DNA from: Caecitellus pseudoparvulus
Taxonomy: Eukaryota > Protista > Bigyra: Bicosoecida
Length of the DNA stretch: 64,000 bases
Assembly (NCBI GenBank): GCA_965644315.1
Contig: CBFFRQ010000057.1
Location: forward strand, 124,001-188,000
Direction: 5' to 3'
The notes below the pieces were generated by a model that worked only from the letters and a program-made list of their open reading frames with translations, ran no database searches and was not told where the DNA came from. The position numbers and the translations under genes were made by a program. Of this stretch, positions 32,480 through 43,353 are shown in pieces (within the stretch, counting starts at the first letter, position 1; each line of letters starts with the position of its first letter).

Positions 32480-33289
32480 ATGACGCTTCCAGTGGCAGCC
32501 GCCCTGGTGCCGTGCGCAGCGCCAGGCTGTTTCGCTGCCTTTCCTTCTGCAGCAGCAGCAGAAGCACACTATGCGGTGCAGCACAGGCACGTTTGTAGCA
32601 CATGCCAAAGCTCCTTTCCCAACCCCTTCTGGTTGGAGCGCCACGTCATGGAAAGCCACGATGCCTACTTCTGTGTACTGGCCGAGCGCGGGCCAGCGTA
32701 CGCGTGCCTCGTGCAAGGTTGTGTTGGGGTCTTCCACAACCCTGCTGCGCGGAGGAAACATCTTGTGTCGGCGCACGGCTTCCCGGCGCGGTTTCGTGAT
32801 CCAGGCATGTCTGCTGTGCCCCCCGAGACAAGCAGTACCACCAGGTCGGCGTCCAGGACGCCGGCCGACCACACAGCGGCAGACACGAAGAAGGAGAAGA
32901 GGGGGAAAGCTCCGTTGTGCATGTTTTTCAACACCGCATCAGGGTGTCGAAAGGGGGATGCGTGTCCTTTTCTGCACGTCAAGATGACCCCCACTGCCGC
33001 GGCACGCCGCTCAGCCAGACATCGCCGGAAGCCCAAGGCTGCCGCACAGCGTTCAAGGCAGCGCAGGGAAGCAGCCATGGATGCCCTCCTCGCAAAAGCG
33101 GGGGTGGTGCCTGTGAAGTCGGATCAGCAGCAAGGTGGGGCTGCCGTTAGCGCTGAGGGTGATGCGCTGGAAGAAGGGGACGAAGTGGGCGACGTGGAGC
33201 TGACGGGCGAGCCATCCTCCACAGCGTCGAAGGCTCTCAAGCCCCCTGGCCTCCCTGAATCATTGCGCTTCGGTCACAAGCGGAGGTAA
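32480..33289 (+). CDS. ZNF511: ZNF511-like C2H2 zinc-finger protein with an added CCCH finger
   Basis: CxxPGC...EAHY...HRHVCSTC...FP...HVMESHDAYF...YACLVQGC...HLVSAHGFP and the C-terminal PESLRFG match ZNF511. CMFFNTASGCRKGDACPFLH is a C-x8-C-x5-C-x3-H finger. Confidence 0.85.
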   Translation: MTLPVAAALVPCAAPGCFAAFPSAAAAEAHYAVQHRHVCSTCQSSFPNPFWLERHVMESHDAYFCVLAERGPAYACLVQGCVGVFHNPAARRKHLVSAHGFPARFRDPGMSAVPPETSSTTRSASRTPADHTAADTKKEKRGKAPLCMFFNTASGCRKGDACPFLHVKMTPTAAARRSARHRRKPKAAAQRSRQRREAAMDALLAKAGVVPVKSDQQQGGAAVSAEGDALEEGDEVGDVELTGEPSSTASKALKPPGLPESLRFGHKRR

Positions 33290-33775
33290 AACGACTGCAA
33301 TTGGGGTTGCTTTCGCGCCACAGCGGCGTCTGGGGGAATCGAAGGGACGGATGCAGCGCCGGTTTGCACGTGGGGCGTGAACGTTTCTCGGCGACTTGTC
33401 GGCACGTCGGGGATTCCTCGCTTCGCGCGTTGAAGCGGTTTGATTGAAGCAGCCAGCGGTGGGGTAGCCAAGCACTGCAGCACGCACCGCGTGGGATGGT
33501 TGGGCCCACCCCGCTCCCACGTTGCGACACCCCCCTTCACTTCCCCGCCTGGAGGAACGCAGTAGCGGAGGGGGTCTCAGCCCCCCCTGCTTGCAGAAAC
33601 TGTTGTCGTGTCACTTTGCATCCACCGCCGCAAACTCCGGCCCACCGCTGCCAAAACGGTCTGGCCCTGTTTGCTATGTTGTCCCCACTCGCCCCCGCCC
33701 GCCTGAGTGCCTTGCATTGTGCCCGCTGGTGGAGGCCGTCGGTTTTCGGAAATTGACCGCGCCGCTTCCCCGCGA

Positions 33776-36154
33776 ATGTCGTGCCATCGTCCAGAGTGCT
33801 GTACAAGCCCGAAGCACACTTGTGGAGGTGGAAATCAACGTCATGTATGGTATGCAAAGGCTGGGCTGGCGCCTGTGGGAATCGGAGCCCTGCTGGGGTG
33901 CTTTTCGGCGCTGCTTCCTTTTGCAAGCTTCGTAAATGTGTCCCTCCGGCCCCCGGGCAGCTCTGTGTGCTCCGTTGATCTATTCGCGGCTGAAGGTGCC
34001 CCATGCACAACAAGCTTCTTGCACGTGCTTCTGTCCATGGCAGTCTCCACCCTTTCAGCCATCATCGCGGCACAGCGCGCGTGGAATCACTCGTCACTGG
34101 CTGCGGGGCTCATTGCCGCGTCAAAGCACGCTGTGAATCTGGTTGCCGTCCATCAGAGGTGGCGCTGCGTACTCTCGGGTGCTGCTGGCTTCGTCGGGGC
34201 TTCAGTTCTGACCAGCCTTGCCATGTCTCTCCTCACTGGCCATGGCTTTCACCCACAGGTAAGGTGCCTACGCAGCACTGAGCAGCATTCTGCAACGTGG
34301 ACAACGCCACAGCTCCGCGCCATCCGTGCCAGTGCGCTGCCTCTGCTTCTGAGCGCCCCCGCACTACGGAGCAGGTGCAGCAGGCTGCGTCCAGCCTTGA
34401 ACTCATCCCTTCCGCCTGCACAGGCGCTGTCAACCGCTGTCTGGCCGCTCATCGTGCTGGGAATGGAAGGCGCGCTGCAGGCGCAGTCCCAAGTCCGCAG
34501 CTTTCACAAGCCAAGCCCCTTCTCCCTGGCTATGTTCGCTATATTTTCCTCTTTTTCGTACATCTTGCTCTGTGCCTCAAGCTGCCTGCAAGCTCTGGGG
34601 AGTCCGTTGGCGTGGACAGCACAGGTCACCGCGGCGGCTTTTGCAGGGTTGATTGTGACCGCTTCCAGCGCCATTCTGCTTACACCACTCTCATCGCTGC
34701 AGAGTCGCAGGCTGTGGCCACGGCTGTGTCCCTCAGGTAGCAAGGTCCAGACTGCGCGTGGAGGGCGCAGCTCATCTGCCGCCTGGCCGACCCTGGCAGC
34801 GGCTATGTCGGGGATGGCCATTGGCACGGCAGTGTTCTTCAGCATGACATGGGCAAGCGAAGCACTGGGCCTTCTTCCTTTTGTCGCCATGCCTCCAGCA
34901 CTGTTGCTTCTCCCCACGTACTTCAGGGAGTCCGCTGGTGCTGCCTTCGAGCGCTTGGCGCAAAGGGCACTGAACTTGCCTTCTTTTCACGCGGGGCAGC
35001 TTGAAACAACGCAAGGCTTGGCGCTCGAGCTTGATCCAGAGACACGCTGGGCATACTCTCAATCGTGCTGTGCAGTGACTGTGCGCGAAGTTGTGCGGCT
35101 CGTCTCCAGCTCGGTCGCACGCATCTGCCGCGGACAGGGCGTGCCGTACCGAATTTTACCCCCCGCACTTCTGCCCACTGCCCTGGACAGGCCATTGTTG
35201 CGGCTGTCGCCTCAAGCGCTTCGGGTTGTGGTGTCTGCCCTGGTGCGCGACTCCTTGAAGGTGCTGCGTCGCTCCGGTCCCCTGCAGCCCGTCGTGTTCT
35301 TCGCGCAAGTTGGCTTTGAACTGCGGCAGCAGATGCAAGGCGATGAACTCTCCGAAGAAGGGCGAGTGTGGGTGCTGTCTCATGTGGCCGCCTCGTCAGA
35401 TGTGCAGGGGCAAGGCCTGTTCAATTTATCTTGGCACCAGGATGCGGTGTGCGGATTCGGCTCGGGCTGGGCTGGCACAACAGCGCTACACGAGTGCCTG
35501 GTGCCCATGGGAGGCTGTGTGTGTTCCTTCGCATGCAGCACTGAAGGGTGCAACTGCGGATTGGCAGTGTCGCTGCCAGTCAAGCTGGCGCCCAAGATGC
35601 GGAGCATGCTGGGAGACAGCTGCACCACCCACCCGGTCCATCCATGGACCGCCTTGCAGCAGCTGACACTCGACGCGGCTGCCGAAACCACGTGGGTTGT
35701 CCCCGCTGCCAGCCGTCAAGAGACCCTTCACGGAAAGGTGTGCACTGAGGAAATGGAAGGTTCTTTGGAACCGCAAGACTCCAGCGCCCTCTTCGAGCAA
35801 CACGTGCTGGGCAACGTGCTGGCCTCGTCAATGTCCGCAGGCAGCTTTGCCGTTAATGTCAGGACTCGGAGCAGTTATGCTCCGAGGACTCTCGTCTCAG
35901 TCGTATCAACAGCCAGCACGGAAGGGGATGACTTGCAGATAATTGCCGAGCCTGACTTGCCTCGGCGTGCTTTCAGTCTGAGCACGCCCCCACGCCAAGG
36001 TGTGACCCGCCATGGTTCAGCTGGCGAGCCAAGCACAGACAAGCTGCAGTGCAGCAGGTCTGGCCCAGCCACTGCCGCTGCCAGCGCAAGAGCAGGAGTG
36101 CCCAAAGCGCCTTCTGAGGATGATCCCCGGGCTGAGTGGGGCACGGGTGTGTAA
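33776..36154 (+). CDS. Multi-pass membrane protein with a degenerate histidine-kinase HATPase_c-like domain
   Basis: Open frame 33707-36154 with several hydrophobic helices, then LNLPSFHAGQLE, VREVVRLV, LRVVVSALVRDSLK and GFGSG...LVPMGG...G...VSLPV in the order of histidine-kinase catalytic-domain elements. Start uncertain (first in-frame ATG at 33776). Possible in-frame intron 34259-34423. Confidence 0.6.
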   Translation: MSCHRPECCTSPKHTCGGGNQRHVWYAKAGLAPVGIGALLGCFSALLPFASFVNVSLRPPGSSVCSVDLFAAEGAPCTTSFLHVLLSMAVSTLSAIIAAQRAWNHSSLAAGLIAASKHAVNLVAVHQRWRCVLSGAAGFVGASVLTSLAMSLLTGHGFHPQVRCLRSTEQHSATWTTPQLRAIRASALPLLLSAPALRSRCSRLRPALNSSLPPAQALSTAVWPLIVLGMEGALQAQSQVRSFHKPSPFSLAMFAIFSSFSYILLCASSCLQALGSPLAWTAQVTAAAFAGLIVTASSAILLTPLSSLQSRRLWPRLCPSGSKVQTARGGRSSSAAWPTLAAAMSGMAIGTAVFFSMTWASEALGLLPFVAMPPALLLLPTYFRESAGAAFERLAQRALNLPSFHAGQLETTQGLALELDPETRWAYSQSCCAVTVREVVRLVSSSVARICRGQGVPYRILPPALLPTALDRPLLRLSPQALRVVVSALVRDSLKVLRRSGPLQPVVFFAQVGFELRQQMQGDELSEEGRVWVLSHVAASSDVQGQGLFNLSWHQDAVCGFGSGWAGTTALHECLVPMGGCVCSFACSTEGCNCGLAVSLPVKLAPKMRSMLGDSCTTHPVHPWTALQQLTLDAAAETTWVVPAASRQETLHGKVCTEEMEGSLEPQDSSALFEQHVLGNVLASSMSAGSFAVNVRTRSSYAPRTLVSVVSTASTEGDDLQIIAEPDLPRRAFSLSTPPRQGVTRHGSAGEPSTDKLQCSRSGPATAAASARAGVPKAPSEDDPRAEWGTGV

Positions 36155-36293
36155 ATGAAATGCCTGTAGTGAATGCATGTCGCGTGCGTTGGCAAGAAGC
36201 AAGTACATTAGCCCCCCCTTGCACAAGTCTGCAGGGAGGGGCTGGAAGGGAACACCAGCGGCACACCATCTGCTGCGACACATGTCGCAGCAG

Positions 36294-38101
36294 CTACTCC
36301 GACGCGTCTCCATCGCTGGAATCGTGGGTTGCTCGAGTGAACCCAGCACCGGCGCCAGCGCGCATGCCGGCTGGGCCCACCGCAGGCGCTGGGAGGTCCA
36401 ACGCGTACACGTCTGCGATGTTGCGTGCCTTGCTTGGCGTGGATCCCGCCTTGCCAGTCTCTGCCGTGTCCAGGGCCAGCCCCTTGAGGGCATCTGGGTC
36501 CGGCGTGAGGCGCTTGAAGTTCACAAGGGAGCGGATGAGGAACTCCAGCACATGCTTGGCGCCGCGCTTGGAGGTGGGCAGGGACTCAATGATGCCCACA
36601 ATGTCCCCCGCCTCCCGGAGGTAGAAGTCCAAGTCCCCGTCGGTGCACTTGTTCGTCAGCTGCGCCAGCCTGATGCGCTCGGAGGCGAAATGCTCATCCA
36701 GGTCGAACAACTCCAGCGCAGGAGGAGGCGGCTCGTGCATGGCAGGGGGGAAGACCGCTGGCGCCAGAGGTGGCAGGGGTGTGTCGAACTGTGGCGGGAT
36801 CACGGTCAGCGGCTCGTGTTTGACACCCAGGTCCTGGTACAGCTTCACCGCTTCAGGGACGTTGTCAACGTGGAAGGAGAAGAGGCCATCGTCGAAAAGG
36901 CGAGTGAAGTCCGTGGGGAGGGGGTCGTGGTCCTGCAGGCAGGAGCGCAAGCGCTCAGCGAGGGAGGTGGTGTCTGGCAGGAAAGTGTAGTCGGCGACGT
37001 CGCCCTCTGCAGTGGCGGCGGGGGCGATGGTGACAGAGCTGGACTTGGTGAGCCAACGGAACAGCACCTCCTGGATGAGGGAATTCTTCTCCTTCCCCAG
37101 CCAGGCGTCCCCGAACATGTCGCAAGACCCAAGCACTGCCAGGCGCCCGCCTGTGCGCCGCACCTCGCTCACAGCCAACACGGGCCGGTTGACTGGGTAA
37201 GTCATGTGACCACTGGCCAGCACCGTCACGCCAGGCTTGGCTACACTCAGACTTGCCCCGTGCGGGTACACGAAGTCAATGTCGTCGGTGCCCTTGCTCT
37301 CCTCTGCTTCGTTCGCGGTGCGTGCCCGGCCATCCAGGCCAGCCTTGCTGCTGGCCCGGTTCAGTGCCTTGCCGAAGGTCTTATTCACGACGCCGTTACT
37401 GACAAGAGACTCTTTAGGGTGCAGGTACTTGTGGTAGACAGTGCGCAGGACCACGTCTGGGTTGACAGAAATGCCGTACCTGTGGCGGAGGGGCAGCGGG
37501 TGCGGGGGCGTGTGGCAAGAAACGGCGGGAAACGCCAGCATGCCAACGCACTGCTCTGTGAGGTAGTTGATGTTGGTGTCCAGGGCGCTCTCGCCTCCTT
37601 CCGCGAGCATGATGAGCACACTACCCCCTGTGTCGATGTAGGTCTTAATGCAGTCCATCTGCATGGGGGGGGGGCGAGGGAGGCTGGAGCCGGGAGCCAG
37701 TGAAAGGCCGCTGGGCGAGGCGGCACACACCTCTGCTGAGGTAAACTTCTGGCGAGGCCCCGCAAAGACCATGACCGCCACGTCGTCAAAGACACTCTCC
37801 GAGATGTCATCGCGGTTTCTGTGAGCAGAGGCGGCACCTGTGGGCTGCAAGGGGGACAGCCCATGCCACACTGCCGCAGGCACCTACACAGCGACTTTGT
37901 TGGAGGCTCGCAGGCGTCGGTACAACTTCTTGAAGCCTGAGCTGGGTCGGTGCGTCTCCTTCTTGCTTTCATCAAAGGCGATGACACCTGTGCCCCCTGC
38001 AGCGGCATCCTGTACGCGTGGGGGAGGGAGGGAGTGCGGCGTGGTGCCGTGCGGAGGTAACGGCAAGCCTGGCTCACTTCGCCGCCTGCCTGGGACGCCA
38101 T
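36294..38101 (-). CDS. IFT52: Intraflagellar transport protein 52
   Basis: Introns 38010-38077, 37819-37887, 37659-37730 and 37480-37551 give IAFDESKKE...GFKKLYRRLR...FAGPRQKFT...GGSVLIMLAEGGE...TNINYL...VLRTVYHKYLHPKE...PPQFDTPLPPL.PAVFPP...LELFDLDEHFASE..RLAQLTNKC. Confidence 0.97.
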
Positions 38102-38266
38102 GCCGCCTGCCTCCCCTGTACGCTGGGCTGTGCACGCGACGCTAGGTCCAGCATGCACCCGTGCCAACAAGCAAGTCGAGACTGGGACGACACGTGTGCG
38201 GGCCGCAAGGTTGAGAATTGTGCCAGAAGTCGTGCATTGCCTGTCACTGGCGGCGGGCAAGCTGCA

Positions 38267-39850
38267 TCAGCACCGAATTTCGAAGCGGCCGGAGCGCAGC
38301 ACAGTGCGTGCAGCCTTGAAGAACTTGTAGGACTCACTGGACCCCAGGCTGACATCCCGCACGCCCATACCTGTCGCGTTCACGTTTGGCGCCACGAAGT
38401 GCAGCAGGGCATGGGGGCGCTCCAGCGGCGCCTTCGTGTGACCCGCGGGCAGGTGCAGCGTGCCCTCTAACGTGGCTGGGCGATCGCCGTCCAGGGTGCC
38501 AAGGGCCCACACAAGGGTCTGCGAGGAAGGGCGGCAGGTGAAGAGGGTGTGTGTGCGGTGCAGGGCGTGTTTGACAGTCGTGCCCGGCCACTCACGTTGG
38601 TGCTCTCCTCAAACGTAATGCTGCCAACTTCAGAGGACAAGTCCACCCCCACGTAGTTCTTGGGGAAGGTGATGGTGAGGACGACCTCCTCCACGGGCAC
38701 GGAGGAGGACGTGCCGCCCCCTGCGATGCCGCCAGTTGCCCGTACACCCGCCCCTGACGAGGCTGCGCCGAAGCCGAAGGAGGCACTGGAGATGCCAGAG
38801 GAGCCCATGGTGGAGGAGCGAGCTGACCCAGCTGCCTGGCTCATGTGCTTGGTGCCAATGACGAAGGACGTGCGAGCGACGCCGTCTCTCCACGTGAGGG
38901 TGGGCGTGCAGTACACCGGCACGGTCAGCTTCGCGTCAGGAGCACGGTACCGCAGGAGGACAAAGTTCCCATCAGGAGGGACGAAGGACAGCACCTTGTC
39001 CCGGGCAAAGCGCGCAATGCGCACGCAGGGGTGCAGGGAGGCGTCTGCGCACGCTGCAGGGGCAGTGGTGTGCAGGGTCACGTCGGGCATGCCGGTCAGC
39101 TTGCAGTTGACGGAGAAGGTGCCGCGGATGTCAGCCTTGACGACGGAGCCATTGGCGGCCAGGATGGCATCCACCTCCTCCACGATGTCCATGAGCAGCT
39201 CGTTGTTGATGTAGCTCACGCCCGTCTTGCGCCAGGGGATGACGCTGAGGGCGCCCTTGTCGATGCTGTCCTTGACGCCCGAGGAGCCAGTGACGAAGGA
39301 GGACAGGCGGCGGCCCAGGGAGGGCTTGGAAATCAAGCTCTGCAGCGCATTGGGCTCTGTGATGAGGGGGTACCCGTGGTCCACCATCTCATCCAGCAGC
39401 TGGTAGGCGACGGAGAAGGCCTTGGTCAGAGCCGAGACAGAGGCGGAGCCGAAGTACTCCTCAAACACGTCCACGATGCGGTGCAGCAGCTCCACGACGA
39501 GCAGGGACGGCATCTCGCCAGTTGTAACCGCGAGGAAGAAGAGGCCTCCCCGCAAGATGGACACGAGGATGTGGCGGCCGTGCTTGATGACGGGCGGAGT
39601 GTCCTCCCGCCGGGGGAAGGACAGCACCTTGGACCAGAATGCCTCCAGCGTGGCGCCCTTGCCCTTGCCACGCCAATGCTTCTCCATCACAACCTCTCTG
39701 CACAGAGTGGGGGGGGGGGGTCTACGTGGCGTTCCCAGCGCGCACAGGCACGGGGCGGGGTGCCGATTCAAGCGTCAAGTGCACTGCACCAGGGCTGAGT
39801 CCCACCACGCACCCAGCTTCGGACTGGATGATGTACAGGCTGCCAATCAT
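38267..39850 (-). CDS. AP3M: Adaptor protein complex AP-3 mu subunit
   Basis: MIGSLYII...EKHWR (AP3M-type N-terminus), QLLDEMVDHGYPLITEPNAL, IPWRKTGVSYINNE, CKLTGMPD, LHPCVR, LSFVPPDGNF.L, and terminal YKFFKAAR...SGRFEIR. Introns 39698-39812 and 38519-38595. Confidence 0.93.
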
Positions 39851-40242
39851 GGTGAAGACGAGGAGGGAGGGGGGAATTCCTAGCAACGGCAGAGGCTTGA
39901 CACGAAAAGGGTTCTCCGAATTGGTCTGCGCCTCAGCTGGACTTGGGGTCGCTGCTGATTCCGCAAGCGAGGCTGCTATGCGCTGCCAGGTGTGGGCAGG
40001 GTTAAGCAGATGGCGGTGGCGGGCACAATGCAAGGGCACAGCGGAAAGTGGCCAGTGGGTATCCTGTGATTGTCCGCCCCCGGCAATGTCCCCTGCCCCA
40101 CTCCTCGGGGCAGATTCGACGTGCCCGTGGCGCAGGCCATGTGGCCCAGCTCCTGCCACCGCAGCGCGCCTGTCACCGTGCGCGTGCCCTGAAGCCTAGG
40201 GGCACTGCGCACTCACAGGCACCGTTCCCACTTTCCACTGCC

Positions 40243-41097
40243 ATGGGAAGCTGCTGCTGCATTGCTGCTCCTGCCGAGCCTGCCCAAGGCGAGCGCTCCA
40301 TGTGCAGAGGGTCCGTTGGCGCTGGTCAAGAGGATGTGCACCTACACGTCAGCGACGCCTCCGAGGCGAGCGAGACAGAATTGCACGAGCTCCTTGCGGT
40401 TCTGGGCGACCGCCTGCGAATGCAGTTGCAGGCCTCGCGCACTGCCGCACGGCAGGGTGCGCAGGCGGACGCTTCGAGCCTGGCAGTTGGCGTGCTGCGT
40501 GCGGCGCAGGTGCGTTGCACCAGCCAGTCCAAAGAGCCGGACGAAGCGCAGGGCCTGGGTCCACCAGGAGACATGCACGCTGAGTTGTCGCTCCGATTAG
40601 GCTGGGCTGTGGAGCTGTGCGGCCAAGCTCTGCTGCGTGAACTACCTTTCAGCCAAGTGCTCCCCCAAGCCCTGGCGCCGAGAGGCCTGCGCCACCCGCT
40701 CTGCAGCCGCGTAGAAGCATGGCAAGCAGTGGTTCCACCGGCGGCCGCTCTGGTGCGGTGCTCCTGTGCTTCGCAAGGTGCTGAGCAGCTTGCTCTGTTG
40801 TCTGTCTTCTCTGCGATAGAGGCTGCCTGCGAAGCCCCAGGGCCGGGGCGCTGCCATTGCCTTGCACTGTGCGTTGAAATCGTGGACACGTTGGCGGAAC
40901 ACGTGTCCACTGCTCTCGCGTCCCTGTGGGTCCATGCCGTCGTGCGGGCGGCAGGTGGCGGCTTCGGGCGGGAGCTTGCTGCAGCTGTGCAGGACGGCGG
41001 GCGGGTGGAGGTGGCTGCCCCCCCCTCTGCCCATCCCACACTCTCATCAGGGGACGGCATGGCACAAGAACTTCGATGGCATGCAGTGCCCTGCTAG
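40243..41097 (+). CDS. Hypothetical helical protein; 3' end uncertain
   Basis: ATG in gccATGg context starting MGSCCC, with amphipathic Leu/Ala-rich helices. It fills a gap between AP3M and the MAPK. No recognisable domain and no clean (C/G)AATGCA after the stop. Confidence 0.35.
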   Translation: MGSCCCIAAPAEPAQGERSMCRGSVGAGQEDVHLHVSDASEASETELHELLAVLGDRLRMQLQASRTAARQGAQADASSLAVGVLRAAQVRCTSQSKEPDEAQGLGPPGDMHAELSLRLGWAVELCGQALLRELPFSQVLPQALAPRGLRHPLCSRVEAWQAVVPPAAALVRCSCASQGAEQLALLSVFSAIEAACEAPGPGRCHCLALCVEIVDTLAEHVSTALASLWVHAVVRAAGGGFGRELAAAVQDGGRVEVAAPPSAHPTLSSGDGMAQELRWHAVPC

Positions 41098-41700
41098 TGG
41101 AGCCAGGTTCCAAGGCTCTACTGGCCTGCATGGGGCAAAGCCATGCAGGCTGCGTTGCCCTGCGGCGGTCAACTGACAAGCGAGGCAGCAGTGCAGTTTC
41201 GCTGCGACCCCCCCCGACTGCGCAAAGGATGCACGCTGTGATGTGTATGGTAAGGGGCAGCGTGTGCTGCAGTGCTCCGCCTGGCTTGGCGGCCCGCGCA
41301 CCGCGTGCCAGATCGAGGTGGGCGAGGTTGCTGAGGCCGCGCTGCTCCTCCGCGAGAAGCCCAGGGCCACGGACCTTTGAAGTGCACGTGTTTCCTTGAT
41401 GTTAATTCAACGAGGTGGCGCCGCATGTGCTTGCCTCAGGCCTCCAAGCGTCGCCGCCAGGGACTGCAGCTGCTCGGGGTTGAGAGAGGCACAACACGCC
41501 AAACCAGCGCCCCGCAGCAGGTGGACGGCCTAGCCAAACCAAAACACACGTCCAGAATCAGGCACGCCCAAGCACTAGGACAGCATACGTCTCCCACATC
41601 CTGCGCACCCGAGCACGCAGCTCAGCGCGCAGGCGTCGTTTGCTCGCCCTCGCCGGCCCAGGCATCCCCCCACAGTCACCTCGCAGCCCCGCCGGACGAC

Positions 41701-43265
41701 ATGGCTGCCACGTCGCCCTCAGTGCAGACCGTCTCAGGGCAGGTGTTCGAGACGCACGCCAAGTACCGCATCATCAAGCCTGTGGGCAGTGGCGCGTACG
41801 GCCTCGTCGTGTGCGTGCAACGGCGCGGCACTGACGCCTTCGTCGGGGCAGCGTTTCAGGACAGCGTTTCCCCACGAGCTGTATCCACTTACCCTGCACG
41901 TCGCCTGGCCTGTCCCTTTGCAGGAGCGCGGAGGATACTGAAACCAAGCAGAAGGTGGCCATCAAGAAAGTGCCCAAGGCCTTCGAAGACTGCGTAGATG
42001 TGCGTGGTCTGGCCGCTCCGAGCCTTGACCGGCGGCGATGTGCCGACCGGCCTTGCAGCGTGTAGGCCTGTTTGTGCCTTTCACCATGGCACCCCGTCGC
42101 TTGCCCCACAGGCTCTTCGCATCGTCCGTGAGATCAAGCTGATGAGGCACTTCAACCACGAAAACGTGCGCCCGCCAGGCCCTGTGCTGCATAGCCAAGC
42201 TTCCGAGGCTCGCGAGTTCAGGCGCACACGCCATGCACAACTCCCGCCCTCCCAGGTCGTGAACATCGTGGACATGGAGGTGCCCACGTCAGTTGACTTC
42301 GACGACATTTACATTGTGCGTCATTGTCTGCCCAAATGCCGCAGGGGCGGCATGGCGTCCTGCTCTGCGTGCGGGCAGGCGGCCCAGCTTCCGACAACCT
42401 TGCGCGTGGCACCCACCCCCCGCGACTGGCCTCGCAGGTGACGGAGCTGATGGAGACGGACTTGCACCGCATCATCTCCTCCAAGCAGGAGCTGACCATG
42501 GACCACGTGCAGTATTTCGTGTACCAGCTGCTGCGGGCGCTGAAGTACGTGCACTCGGCCAGCACCATCCACCGAGACCTGAAGCCGTCCAACATCCTGC
42601 TCAACGCCAACTGCGACTTGAAGCTGTGTGATTTCGGCCTGGCTCGTGGCGTGGCAGACGAGGGCGAGGGCCAGCTGACGGAGTACGTCGTCACGCGGTG
42701 GTACCGCGCGCCGGAAATCATGCTGTCCTGCAAGGAGTACACGAAGGCCGTGGACATGTGGAGCGTCGGGTGCATCATGGCAGAGCTCATGCTGCGCAAG
42801 CCGCTCTTCCCCGGCTCTGACTACATGGACATGCTGAAGCGCATCGTGCACTTCCTGGGCTCCCCCGCTGAAGAGGACCTTGCCTTCATCCAGCAGCCCA
42901 AGGCGCTGTCCTTCATGCGCAAGCAGGCGGGCAAGCCGCGCAAGGACTTCCGCAAGTACTTCCCCCAGGCCTCGGACGAGGCCCTGGACCTCATGGGGCG
43001 CCTGCTGGAGTTCAACCCTGCCAAGCGCATGACGGTGGAGGAGGCGTTGGCACACCCCTTCATGGAGGGCCTGCATGCGCCGGAGGACGAGCCGGTGTGC
43101 GAGACCAAGTTCGACTCGGCCTGGGAGAAGGTGGACCTCAACCGTGCCAACCTGCGCAGCTTGATTCTGGACGAGGTGGAGCTGTTCCGGCCCGAGGCGG
43201 CGTCCTTGGCTGCTGAGGCACGGGAGGTGGCAGCAGCTGCAGCCTCTGCACGCAAGCACAAGTAG
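41701..43265 (+). CDS. Mitogen-activated protein kinase (ERK-type, TEY activation loop)
   Basis: GSGAYG, VAIKK, LRIVREIKLMRH, HRDLKPSN, DFGLAR and TEYVVTRWYRAPE. Introns 41811-41923, 42000-42111, 42166-42255 and 42316-42437 restore a continuous kinase domain. Confidence 0.97.
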
Positions 43266-43307
43266 AGCGGGCAGGGGGGCTGGCCTTTCTGCCTCCATGT
43301 GTGGGAC

Positions 43308-43320
43308 TGCATTGAATGCA
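43308..43320. terminator. Inverted pair TGCATT-G-AATGCA, candidate shared 3'-end signal
   Basis: Lies in the gap between the MAPK stop (43265, +) and the CYB5D1 stop (43354, -). Reads GAATGCA on + and CAATGCA on -. Confidence 0.6.
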
Positions 43321-43353
43321 CCAAGTCATCGCTGGGTCGCCTGCGCCGCCGCG

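Noticed and set aside
32336-33289. Downstream zinc-finger ORF as the missing C-terminus of CEP104
   Set aside because: The finger pattern is ZNF511-type C2H2 with its own ATG and terminal FG motif. A stop and a 3' motif separate it from CEP104.
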